From positions 23,188,001 through 23,252,000 of the forward strand of contig JBHGNT010000003.1 in assembly GCA_043228905.1 (NCBI GenBank): a DNA stretch of 64,000 nt, written 5' to 3'. The notes below the pieces were generated by a model, which worked only from the letters and a program-made list of their open reading frames with translations, did no database searches and was not told the origin of the DNA. Position numbers and translations under genes: made by a program. This DNA is from Azolla caroliniana. Lineage: Eukaryota > Plantae > Polypodiophyta. Below are positions 50,147 to 61,004 of the stretch, piece by piece (positions within the stretch are counted from its first letter, which is position 1; each line of letters opens with the position of its first letter).

Positions 50147-50394
50147 ATAATATCCCCATCACGATTGGTGATGTCAAGATAGATCAACATTTTTTTGTTC
50201 AAGATTCGGCGGGCGTCCCATCCTATCATTCTTGGGCAACCATACATAACATCATCCCGGATGGAAACCAAAGTGTTCGACAATGGTGCACCATTTTCTT
50301 GAGTAAGGAGCCTTTATTGGAAGAAGGTCGTATTGTTCTTGATTGTATGTGCCAACCACGAAAGGAATCGGGATTGTCTTGGAGCATATGCTTC

Positions 50395-50438
50395 GGATTT
50401 TTAGGGCGGGCTACTTGCGAGTGGGGTGTGAATAGTCC
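50395..50438 (+). promoter_or_regulatory. Predicted -1 frameshift element, copy 3
   Basis: ANHERNRDCLGAYASDF* ends TCG GAT TTT TAG; 6-nt spacer; GGGCTACT 50408-50415 / AATAGTCC 50431-50438; loop GTGGGG; -1 frame reads FLGRATCEWGVNSP. Confidence 0.7.
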
Positions 50439-51828
50439 TAAGAAGAAAGAAAAGTTCACGAATTTGTGACAGGAGGGTTGCACATAGCCCCTAATGGAGT
50501 GTGCAAAACTAGCACGTTTGACAAAGAAGAGAAGTCTCGGATGCAAAGCATCGAGGAAGCTTTAAGAGAAGAACAAATATTGGAAAGTTATGAAAGCATC
50601 GAATGGGTAATGGAGGAAGCCTCATTTAACGACACCATTGGCGAAATGGAGAATGTCCTGGACTTGAGACCTCATAACTAGCGATCAATTCAGATAAACT
50701 CCATTGACATATACGTTGCCATCGACGAGTATAGTCAAAGTATCATGGTAGAGAAAGTCGAAGTTAATACGAAATACAAGACAATGGACAAGAAAGTAAA
50801 GCCTGTTGCTATTTTGTTGCCTGAGGATAGCTAGCAAAGAATGACGGAAGTTGCACGAGATTCAAGACTACGGTATTCGAGAGGAATTGGACATGCCTTC
50901 ACTAAAGAGACAAGGGAAAAGCTTCGTGTCGGAAAAGATGAATTTCTCTTGCCAGAAGAGGAAGTAACATTTCGGGAAATGCTTGAAAGTCATGGGAAAG
51001 CATTTTGCTTTCTACTGAAATCAGATGCGGCAATCCAAAGATAATAGAACCGATGGTGATATTCAAAACACCACATGTACCATGGAACCTAAAACCAATA
51101 CCAGTCCCAAGAGCACACATTCCGAAATTAATCAAGCTCTTGAAAGAGAAGGTCCAGATGGTAATTATGGGGTCGTGGAATGCTCCATACTTGAATAGCA
51201 GGTTCACGGTGTCATGAACATTCTAGGCCATGGTGAGAAACCGGGGAATATCAGAAGAATTGGCGGGGTGCATCATGTGCACTCACCCTTGTACAAATTG
51301 TGTAAATGATAGGGGCGCCATTATGGCGCCGGACAGTAGTTAGTTCGGGACAGAGGATCCCTTGTAATCAAGGATTTATCCCACATTGTAACGCATCCCT
51401 CTCCTTGTTCTATAAAAGAAAGGGAGCACCCTTTGTTAAGGGGTTGCCCATTTTGAGTCATAACGGTATATACCATTTTGGTCTAGGGTTATTTCCTTAA
51501 GAATTTGTCTAGGGTTAGTAAATTTCTTTGGGGGTCTTCTTCTTCTCCTCCTTCTTGAGAAGTTGGGGCACCGCAACCATGGCAGCAAAGCTGTGTTAGG
51601 GTTTGTGTTCTTCTTCTTCTCCTTCTTCATCGTTGTGTGTGTTGAGACCTCGTGTCTGTTGTGAGCGTAGCCCAACTCGAAGCAGGGTTTGTATCTACCT
51701 TTGTAAATATACATATCTATATATATATATAAGGATGCGAGAGTTTGAATCTCTATCGGTGTAGCGTGTGTTTCCCTTACTCTGTTCTTTGTACATACTT
51801 TGCGTGGTCTGAGTCGGTGTTGCGCGCT

Positions 51829-51865
<37 letters not shown>

Positions 51866-52539
51866 CTCTCTTGTCCTCGGCGGCTTCCTGTACGTGTCCG
51901 GAATAGCTCTGGTTTGTACCACGACTGGTGCAGTTGGACCGGAGAGGGTCGGCTTCCCGGCATCCATCTCTTCTTGGTCCAAGACCCTCGTGGTCCCACC
52001 CTTCTACACACACGCACGACATATTTGGTGACCCGACGTGAAGGGCGGCAAGGGAGAATGGAGTTCGAAGAAGACGACTTCGCTCAACTTTTTCTTGAAG
52101 CGGTGAGGGAGTTTGGACGAGCAACAACAAGAAGAGAGACGGCGTAGCAAGCTGTCGAATGCATGGCCGAAAGGGTCTGCCATTTCAACGGGAACAAAGT
52201 CCCATCTTACAGGCAAGCCTACAACGAGGAGATGGACACGCAAGGCATAGACAATGTGTTGAGGTTAGAGTTCTTCTGTCGGATCGTAGCCCCTTGGGTA
52301 TATGCGGAAGTAAAAGAGCTCGGAGAGGCCCATAGTTTGTGGGAAACTTTCGAAAAGGTGCTCTGGCGGGCATACGGCAAACCGCCAAGGAGTCGAAACT
52401 GGCACGACTTCGACCAATGAGTAGCATCGTCCAAGACCCACCGTGGAGCAACTAAGGCGTTCTAGGAGTTCAAGCAGCGCTTCACACGGCTCCTAGAGCA
52501 GGAACAAAGACTGGTGGGGGCGGACAAAGTCCTTCTACT

Positions 52540-53028
52540 TGTGATATGTTGGTGTAATGGTAATGGGGGGACACTCCAACCGCTAGGTTGGAGGTTCGAG
52601 TCTCCCCACACCAACATACATGTGATACCTAAAAAAGGGCGGTTTGTGCCCGTAAGTGACGACGACGAAGATTGTGGCAACGATGCAAATGGTGACAGTG
52701 AAGGGCGGTTTGTGCCCGTAAGTGACGACGACGCAAAAATGGTGACAATGAAGGGCGGTTTGTGCCCGTAAGTGACGATGACAAAGATGGTGACGGTTTC
52801 AACGATGAAGAAGGTAAAATGTAGCCTGTCTACAAGTTGGAACGTGGTGCGAGTCTCATCATATCCTAGAGGTCATCCTGTGCATGTATCTCACTCGTAC
52901 CATTTGGTACACCCCATGATGGACTATGTACTGCTAATAAAACATGACTTCGTGTGAGTTGTAGCCTTCGGGCGAGCCAAAGATAAAAAATTACTAAAGT
53001 AGTATAAACAAATAAGAAAAAAAAAAAA
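52540..53028 (+). mobile_element. tRNA-derived SINE (~490 bp)
   Basis: Box A TGGTGTAATGG 52550-52560; box B GGTTCGAGTCT 52593-52603; poly(A) tail; 14-bp TSD AAAGTCCTTCTA(C/T)T at 52526-52539 / 53029-53042; removal restores the host gag DKVLLFV. Confidence 0.88.
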
Positions 53029-53549
53029 AAAGTCCTTCTATTCGTCATGTCGATAAACTAGGAGGAACGGAAGGTCATTGGAATTGAGCTCGAAGAGGAT
53101 GACGTAGCAAATGGCCTCACGGAGGACTGGTCGAAAGTCGGAAGGGTATGCCAACGCCTAGATGACGAGTGAGCCGATAAAGCTAGGTGGAAGGCACGCA
53201 ATGATGCGTCATCACAGCAAACAGAGTCGGCAAGCCTTGGCTTCGGGGCCAGGATTGGGGAGGCGTACGCAACCCTCGAGGCAATGCTCGAGGAAGAGGA
53301 AAGATTGAGACCGCAAGCTGACACCGGGGAGATGGACTTTCCCCATGAGATGGCAGAGGTTTAGCATGAAGGTGCCGACACGGAAGAGGGTGCAGGACGA
53401 GGCGCCCTCTTTTACATGGGGAGAAAGACCGATCGGGCGAAGGTCGGGAATCGGGAAGAAGATGATCGAGGGTACGGAACGAGTCCGGCAAGATCGGCAT
53501 CGGAGCCAAAACTAAAAGGGTCGGTGGCCCCGGATGAGTCGTCGGGAGT

Positions 53550-54890
53550 TGTTACGAAATCGGTGTCTCCACATCTTGACCAGATACTTCGGCAGTTCGG
53601 CCGACGTGGCAATGTGAGACCGAACGAGATGGAAGATGGAGACGGGAGCACAACAAGGAGAGCGATGACCAGACCAGGAGAAGTCCAAGGGGCGGAAGCA
53701 AAGAACGAAGACCGGTCCTATGGGTCACCTCAGACCAGGCTAGAGACTTCGGCAGTCGGCATCAGATCCGACGTAAGACCAAGATACTAACGGTGGTGGC
53801 AGGAAAACGGGACCCGGCAATGCAAAGTGACGGACGGACCCGAACGAGAACTGGGCGGAGCGGACTTCCGGATAATCGATCTAGAAGGGAGGAAGAAGCA
53901 GTCCTACGGGGAGGCTAGAACATGATACATTAGTACCACGAGAGAGGGTGTGGAGCAAGCCACCCTCTCCACACGCGGAGAAGGAAGACCCAGGATAGGG
54001 TCAGGAAGACGGGGGGATGCCCAAGGAGGATCCTTCACACAAGATCTAGAGACTTCGACAGTCGGCAACGGAGCCGACGTAAGACCAAGAGACTGACAGT
54101 AGCGGCGAGGGGATGAGGGCAGAGACAACGGGTGGGCAATCCTATGCCGATCCTCACACCGATCCGGAGACTCCGGCGGTCGGCCCGAGAGCCGGCATGA
54201 GACCTAGAGAGAAGGATAGTGGCGGCAGGTGAACGGATCCCGACATACGACGTAGGGATGCGAAAGACGGTCCTATGGGATCCTCACACCGATCTGGAAA
54301 CACCAGCAGTTCAAGTCGATATGGCAACGTAAGTCCGAGTGAGAAGGATGGTGGCGGTAGGAAACGGGAACCAGCGACGCGGGAAGTGCGGATGGGCGAT
54401 CCTACGGTGATCCTCACACCGATCCGGAGACTCCGACAGTCGGCCCAACAACCAGCGTGAGACTTAGAGAGATGGACTGTGGCGGCAGGTGAACCGGATT
54501 AGGCAGCAAGGTTGGAGCGAGACCGCAAAGGGGGAGGTCCCACGGAGACACTCACACCGACCTGGAGACTCCGGTAGCCGGCTACGAGAGCCGACGTGAG
54601 ACCTAGAGAGATGGACGATGGCGGCAGGAGAATTTGATCGGACGACGGGAAGCGGAAAGAAGAGCGGAAAGAGGCATCAGGCTGGCGATGCGGCCACGAA
54701 CCGGATACGGACCCGACCGGCAGATTCGGCAAGATGAAGATTGGATGCGCTCGGTACACGAGTCGGTGACACAACAAATCAGAAGCCCAAGAAGGATCCT
54801 GCACACCTGTCTGGAGACCCCCGGCTGTTTGGCAGACGTGGCAATGTGAGACCGAGGGTAATGGAACGTGGCGGCAAAGGGGACGAAGGT
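53550..54890 (+). repeat. Array of ~80-bp degenerate modules with variable spacers
   Basis: Approximate consensus GATCCTCACACCGATCCGGAGACTCCGGCAGTCGGC-N-GCCGACGTGAGACCTAGAGAGATGGACGGTGGCGGCAGG near 53560, 53720, 54028, 54149, 54279, 54409, 54549 and 54795, with another near 61675. Confidence 0.75.
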
Positions 54891-55590
54891 GGCAACAGCA
54901 GAAGCACCGAATAGCCGTGGCATCACGTGAACGAAGGAGGCCATGCAGGCCGAAACGTGGCAAGGGTGATCGTCACGTAAGCTGTCGGGGACACCCGGAA
55001 AGGGCACACCCAAAAGTGTTGTAGGTTTTAGGGTTAGGGTTAAGGACGACGATGATGATGAATGATAACTATGATGATTGGTAATGAAGATAGACATGGT
55101 GATGGAGAGTATGATGGTGAGAGAGATCATATAGAGAAGCATTGTGGGGTGGGGGCTGGTGCCTAGAATGGCTCCACCCCCCTCCCAAGGGGGTTCAACG
55201 TGAGAGAGGGAGAGAGAAGAGAAAAGGTGTCAAAGAGAGAGAGATTAGAGAGAAAATGTTCATTCATGTTTCATTCATTCCCCATAAGGGGTTAAATAGT
55301 ACAAGAGGGGGTAGATACAAAGGGGTATAAGCCCCCTAGATCATTCATACTGGACACTCACTCACACCTCCTCGTATCCATCCACATGCACACACGTGTG
55401 CATGTGTTCACATACGTATCGACTCACAATTACATTTATGCCCCCTACACACACACAACAATCATCATGATAACATTTGACCCTCACTCATCACATTGAC
55501 TCTCCGTACATCTCGTACGGGGTAACACAATATGGCACGCCCGTGGGAAAGTGCCTTGCACGTCGATCCCACATGCCTTGATGATGATAT

Positions 55591-58500
55591 TGATGGAAAT
55601 AAACGTCTCCTACGATTATTTCACCTCTCGGCCACAACCAAGGAAACACACGAATCGTTGTTGTAGAAAATGGGAAATGCGAAAAATAGAGTGGACACAC
55701 GATTTAATGTGGAAAACCCTGTACGGGAAAAACCACGGGAGTACAAGACTCCAAACCAAAACTATGCACAGAGAAGTATACAATGGCGAGCTGCAAGGCG
55801 ACGACCTTGAGCTCGCTGTCCTCGCCACAGGCGGCGGAAGTACACAGAGGCGTCGACCTCTTCCTCTCTCATGCTCTATCTCTATCACGGCTGCTCTCTC
55901 TTCACTCCTCTTGAGTGGAAAAACAGAAAAATGAGTAGCAACATAAAACTGTTTGCCCTAAGTCATATTTATACACATATGACTTTCGGGCTATTTACAA
56001 ATATGGCCTCAAGGGCCCTTGGCAAACATATTCACAAATATGTCCCCGCATCCGGATCTCTCTCCGGGTACATTCATCATCCGGCTCCGTAGCCGGGTCT
56101 TCGTCATCCGGCTCCGTAGCCAGGTCTTCATCATCCGTCTCCGTAACCGGGCACTCTTCATCCTCCGGTTCCGTAACCGCAACCGGGCTTGCCGTCATTC
56201 ATCTCCGGACATCCCATCCGGAGGGACCGAAATCCCAACAAACTCCCCCTTCACTTCGGCATGGGATGTCTCTCCAATCCGATCCTCTTCCGGTATGCTT
56301 CCAGCTTGTCGGGTGTGAGCACCTTGGTCAGCATATCCGACCCGTTCTCGTCCGTGTGGATCTTCGTCAGCACGAACTCCTTGTCTTCTATCCTTTCCCG
56401 GATCCAGTGGTATCTACGCTGGATGTGTTTCGTGCGGGAATGGTAGGCCGCGTTCTTCGCAAGGTGGATGGCACTCTGACTATCGCAGTAGAGCCGGTAC
56501 TCCTCCTGCCGGATACCGAGCTCTCTAATGAAGTCCTTCATCCATATTATTTCCTTTCCGGCTTCAACAGCCGCCATGTACTCCGCCTCCGTGGTTGACA
56601 ACGCAACCGTCTTCTGCAGCCTCGACTGCCATGAAACAGCTCCCCCTGCATACGTCATCACATACCCTGATGTGGACCGGCTGGTATCTACATCAGCCGA
56701 CATATCCGAATCGGTGAAGCCGTCGAGTTCGGGCTTACCGGAGCCGAATCGGAGGCACACGTTTGCCGTGCCCTTCAGGTATCGGAGTATCCACTTGGCC
56801 GCGTTCCAATGCTCTCTGCCGGGATTGCTCATGTACCGGCTCACCACTCCGACTGCGTATCCAATGTCCGGTCTTGTACACACCATCGCGTACATCAGGC
56901 TTCCGACGGCAGAGGCATATGGCACTTTCATCATGTCCTCCTTCTCAGCCTTTGTCTTGGGACTTTGCTTGCTGGACAGCTTGCAGTTTGCCGGGAGGGT
57001 CGATCCGACCGGTCTTGCTTCCGACATGTTGAACCGTTTAAGCACCTTTGTCACGTACTTCTCCTGTGACAGCCACAACTGCTTCTTGCTCCGGTCCCGG
57101 ATGATGTGCATCACTAGTATTTGTCTCGCCGGACCCAAGTCCTTCATTGAGAAGGTTCGGTGAAGAGCCTTCTTCAGCATCCGTATCTTGACCTGGTCCC
57201 GTCCGACGATCAACATGTCGTCCACGTACAGGAGGAGTATTAGAGAGTCTCCTCCTTCGAACTTCTTCACAAACACGCAGTGGTCGGACTGCGTTTTGAG
57301 GTACCCTTCGTCGGTCATGAAGGAGTCGAACTTCCGGTACCATTGTCGGGGAGCCTGCTTCAGTCCGTAAAGGCTCTTCTTCAACCGGCATACCAGGTGC
57401 TCCTTCCCTTTCTTCTCGAATCCTTCCGGCTGCTGCATGTAGATCTCTTCTTCGAGGTCGCCGTGAAGGAATGCCGTCTTCACGTCCATCTGTTCTACCT
57501 CGAGGTCCATGCTTGCCGCTATGCTCAGCACCGTCCAGATGGAGGTCATCTTCACTACCGGGGCAAATATCTCGTCGAAGTCGACACCCTTCTTCTGCTG
57601 AAACCCCTTCACCACGATCCGGGCTTTGTATCTCGGGGGGTTTCCGGCATCTCCCGGTTTCAGCTTGAACACCCACTTGTTTCGAAGTGCCCGCTTTCCT
57701 TTCGGCAACTCCACAAGTTCATATGTGTGGTTCTCATGCAGGGAATCCATCTCATCCTGCATGGCACTCAACCACCTGCAGCTCTGGGTGTCATGCTTTG
57801 CTTCTTCAAAGCTCTCCGGCTCCCCTTCGTCGGTTAGCAGCACGTGCTCTGGTTCCGAAAATCTCCGGGGGGCCCTTCTCTCTCTTAGAGGATATCTCCG
57901 TTCCGGAGCTTCGGTAACCGGTTCTTCCGATTCTTCTTCATCCGAATCCATTTCGGGATCGGGGCCGGTTCCGGTATCATTTTCATCTTCTTCGGCCGGT
58001 TCTGTTTCTTCACCGTCTTTGGCCGGATCCTCGAGTGCTAACCGGTCCCTTGCCGGTCGGGACTGCTCCTCGTAGAGTTGATCCTCACCGGTCGACTTGG
58101 AGCTCTTCATCTTCTTCTCTGACTCCCAGTCGGCGAGTGTCTTGTCCTCCATGAAGATGATGTCTCCACTCCTGAATATCTTCTTGTCGACCGGGTCCCA
58201 TACTCGGTAGCCGAACTCGTCGTCGCCGTAACCGAGGAATATGCATGGCCGGGTCTTTGGATCTAGCTTTCCTCTCCGGTCCTTTGCCACATGCACGTAT
58301 GCGAGACACCCGAACACCTTCAGATGCCGGTAGGATACTTCCCTACCGGTCCACACTCTCTGCGGCGTGTCTCTGTCCAAAGGTACTGAGGGTGATCTGT
58401 TTATCACGTATGTCGCCGTCGACATCGCCTCAGCCCAAAACCCCTTGGGTAATTCCGCATGCGCCAGCATACTCCGGACCCTCTCCATTATGGTCCGGTT

Positions 58501-61004
58501 CATCCTCTCGGCCAGCCCGTTCAGTTCCGGCGTCTTCGGCACAGTAAACTCGAGCCGGATTCCTTTCGAGCGACAGTACTCCGCGAACTGCCCCCGGTAT
58601 TCCCCTCCGTTATCCGCTCGTATCGCTTTCAGCTTCTTGCCGGATTCTCTTTCCACTCTCGCGTGGAGTTCTTTGAAGACGGACAACACTTGGTCCTTTG
58701 TCTTCATCGGTGCCGTCCACAGTTTTCGGCTATGATCATCTATGAATGTTACGAAGTACTGGGCTCCGCCATGTGACTTCGTTTCTACCTGACACACATC
58801 AGTGTGCACCAACTCCAATGGTGCGCTACGTCTCGTCGGTGGCCTTGAGTGGAAGGAGGTTCGGTTCTGCTTACCGGCCAGGCAATCGGTGCACTTCTCT
58901 AGGTGCACATGCTTCACTGGAATAAGGTTGTCTTCTGCAAGCCTCTTCATCCCCTTCTCACTCATGTGGCACAGTCTTTTGTGCCACAGCTCACCGGCAG
59001 TGTTGGCTGCCACATTCAGCTCTTCCGGACATAACCGGGCATTCATCAGGTACAGTGTGTTGACCTTCCGGGCCCGAGCCACTATCAGGCTCCCCTTCCT
59101 GAACTTCATTACGCCGTTCCGGATGCTACCTGTGTAGCCTTCATCGTCTAGCCTCCCGGCCGAAATCAGGTTCAATCGAACCTCCCGAACGTGTCGGACA
59201 TCCTTCAGCAGCATTTTGCATCCGGTCGGGGTTGTCAACCACACGTCTCCTGTGCCGGCAATCCGGCACGTACCTTCATTTCCCATCCGAACACAGCCAT
59301 GCTCACCGGCTGTGTAGGATGAGAAGTATCTTCTCTCCGGGGTCAGGTGGAACGATGCTCCGGAATCGACCACCCAGGTCGTCTCATCGCCGGCAATGTT
59401 CAGTTCACCTTCTTCGGTGATGAGCATGATCTCCTCTTCACTTGCCGCGAGTGCCGTCGTTCCTTTCCGGTCCTGCCCTCGCCGATCCGAACCATTCCGG
59501 TCCGTGGCTCCCCGGTATGCACCGTTTCTCTCCGGTGACTTCTTCGAATCGGTGTCGTCGGCTCCGTTGTCTTTTCGGTAATGCCGACAATTCTTTCGGA
59601 AGTGCCCCGGCTTCCCACAGTGGAAGCATGTGGGCCTTCCTCTTGACTGCGACCGGGTCCCAGACTTCTCCCGTCTTTGCGGACTCTGGTTCCAGTGTCT
59701 TCCCCGTTCCGATTCGGTAAGCAGCATCTTCGGATCGGAAACCGGTTCTTTATCTCTCCGACGCGCTTCTTCGTTCAAAATGCTTGTCTTTACCGTTTGT
59801 AGAGACAAGTTATCTTCGGTGCAGGAGGTGCTGAGAGTCACCACCAAGTTCTCCCAGCTTTCCGGCAATGTACACATCAGAATGATGGCTTGCATTGCAT
59901 CCTCCAGCGGGAACTTGATCGCCGCAAGCTGGTTCACGAATCCCATGAACGTGCTTACGTGTTCCACCATACTCTCGTCGTCCCGGTACTTGAGGTTCAC
60001 TATCTTCCTCATCAGGGAGGTCCGGTTCAACGCATTCTTCCTCTCGTAGAGGCCCGACAGCTTCTTCCACATCTCATATGCGTTGGTGTCGTTCGCCACA
60101 TGTTGTAGAACGCTCACGTCGACGTATTGCCGAATGGTTGCAACGGCTTTCCGGTTCAGAAGCCTCCATTCCGACTCAAGTACTCCCTTCGGTATTTCCG
60201 ACCTGTCAATCGGTTCGTACAGGTCCCGAACAATCAGAAGATCCTCCATCTTGATCTTCCAGTCGGCGTAGTTCTGCGCATTCAGCACCATCATCCCCGG
60301 CTGCCCGCTGCCGCCGCCTTCCATTTTCTGCAGCAGTTCGCTCTGATACCAAATTGATGGAAATAAACGTCTCCTACGATTATTTCACCTCTCGGCCACA
60401 ACCAAGGAAACACACGAATCGTTGTTGCAGAAAATGGGAAATGCGAAAAATAGAGTGGACACACGATTTAACGTGGAAAACCCTGTACGGGAAAAACCAC
60501 GGGAATACAAGACTCCAAACCAAAACTATGCACAGAGAAGTATACAATGGCGAGCTGCAAGGCGACGACCTTGAGCTCGCTGTCCTCGCCACAGGCAGCG
60601 GAAGTACACAGAGGCGTCGACCTCTTCCTCTCTCACGCTCTATCTCTATCACGGCTGCTCTCTCTTCACTCCTCTTGAGTGGAAAAACAGAAAAATGAGT
60701 AGCAACATAAAACTGTTTGCCCTAAGTCATATTTATACACATATGACTTTCGGGCTATTTACAAATATGGCCTCAAGGGCCCTTGGCAAACATATTCACA
60801 AATATGTCCCCGCATCCGGATCTCTCTCCGGGTACATTCATCATCCGGCTCTGTAGCCGGGTCTTCGTCATCCGGCTCCGTAGCCAGGTCTTCATCATCC
60901 GTCTCCGTAATCGGGCACTCTTCATCCTCCGGTTCCGTAACCGCAACCGGGCTTGCCGTCATTCATCTCCGGACATCCCATCCGGAGGGACCGAAATCCC
61001 AACA
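55591..61004 (-). mobile_element. Full-length Ty1/Copia LTR retrotransposon (5414 bp, Tork-like)
   Basis: 650-bp LTRs at 60355-61004 and 55591-56240 (about 7 transitions seen); TSD GATAT / AATAT; PBS-Met 60340-60351; PPT adjacent to 56240. Confidence 0.96.
56251..60324 (-). CDS. Copia Gag-Pol polyprotein, 1357 aa
   Basis: Uninterrupted ORF with all Copia domains, nearly identical to the protein at 13496-17572. Confidence 0.95.
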   Translation of the reverse strand: MEGGGSGQPGMMVLNAQNYADWKIKMEDLLIVRDLYEPIDRSEIPKGVLESEWRLLNRKAVATIRQYVDVSVLQHVANDTNAYEMWKKLSGLYERKNALNRTSLMRKIVNLKYRDDESMVEHVSTFMGFVNQLAAIKFPLEDAMQAIILMCTLPESWENLVVTLSTSCTEDNLSLQTVKTSILNEEARRRDKEPVSDPKMLLTESERGRHWNQSPQRREKSGTRSQSRGRPTCFHCGKPGHFRKNCRHYRKDNGADDTDSKKSPERNGAYRGATDRNGSDRRGQDRKGTTALAASEEEIMLITEEGELNIAGDETTWVVDSGASFHLTPERRYFSSYTAGEHGCVRMGNEGTCRIAGTGDVWLTTPTGCKMLLKDVRHVREVRLNLISAGRLDDEGYTGSIRNGVMKFRKGSLIVARARKVNTLYLMNARLCPEELNVAANTAGELWHKRLCHMSEKGMKRLAEDNLIPVKHVHLEKCTDCLAGKQNRTSFHSRPPTRRSAPLELVHTDVCQVETKSHGGAQYFVTFIDDHSRKLWTAPMKTKDQVLSVFKELHARVERESGKKLKAIRADNGGEYRGQFAEYCRSKGIRLEFTVPKTPELNGLAERMNRTIMERVRSMLAHAELPKGFWAEAMSTATYVINRSPSVPLDRDTPQRVWTGREVSYRHLKVFGCLAYVHVAKDRRGKLDPKTRPCIFLGYGDDEFGYRVWDPVDKKIFRSGDIIFMEDKTLADWESEKKMKSSKSTGEDQLYEEQSRPARDRLALEDPAKDGEETEPAEEDENDTGTGPDPEMDSDEEESEEPVTEAPERRYPLRERRAPRRFSEPEHVLLTDEGEPESFEEAKHDTQSCRWLSAMQDEMDSLHENHTYELVELPKGKRALRNKWVFKLKPGDAGNPPRYKARIVVKGFQQKKGVDFDEIFAPVVKMTSIWTVLSIAASMDLEVEQMDVKTAFLHGDLEEEIYMQQPEGFEKKGKEHLVCRLKKSLYGLKQAPRQWYRKFDSFMTDEGYLKTQSDHCVFVKKFEGGDSLILLLYVDDMLIVGRDQVKIRMLKKALHRTFSMKDLGPARQILVMHIIRDRSKKQLWLSQEKYVTKVLKRFNMSEARPVGSTLPANCKLSSKQSPKTKAEKEDMMKVPYASAVGSLMYAMVCTRPDIGYAVGVVSRYMSNPGREHWNAAKWILRYLKGTANVCLRFGSGKPELDGFTDSDMSADVDTSRSTSGYVMTYAGGAVSWQSRLQKTVALSTTEAEYMAAVEAGKEIIWMKDFIRELGIRQEEYRLYCDSQSAIHLAKNAAYHSRTKHIQRRYHWIRERIEDKEFVLTKIHTDENGSDMLTKVLTPDKLEAYRKRIGLERHPMPK

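Noticed and set aside
52545-52618. Functional tRNA gene
   Set aside because: A and B boxes are present but there is no canonical cloverleaf; it is followed by a SINE body, poly(A) and a TSD.
53550-54890. Hammerhead ribozyme or retrozyme array
   Set aside because: I could not find a CUGANGA...GAAA core in the modules on either strand by eye.
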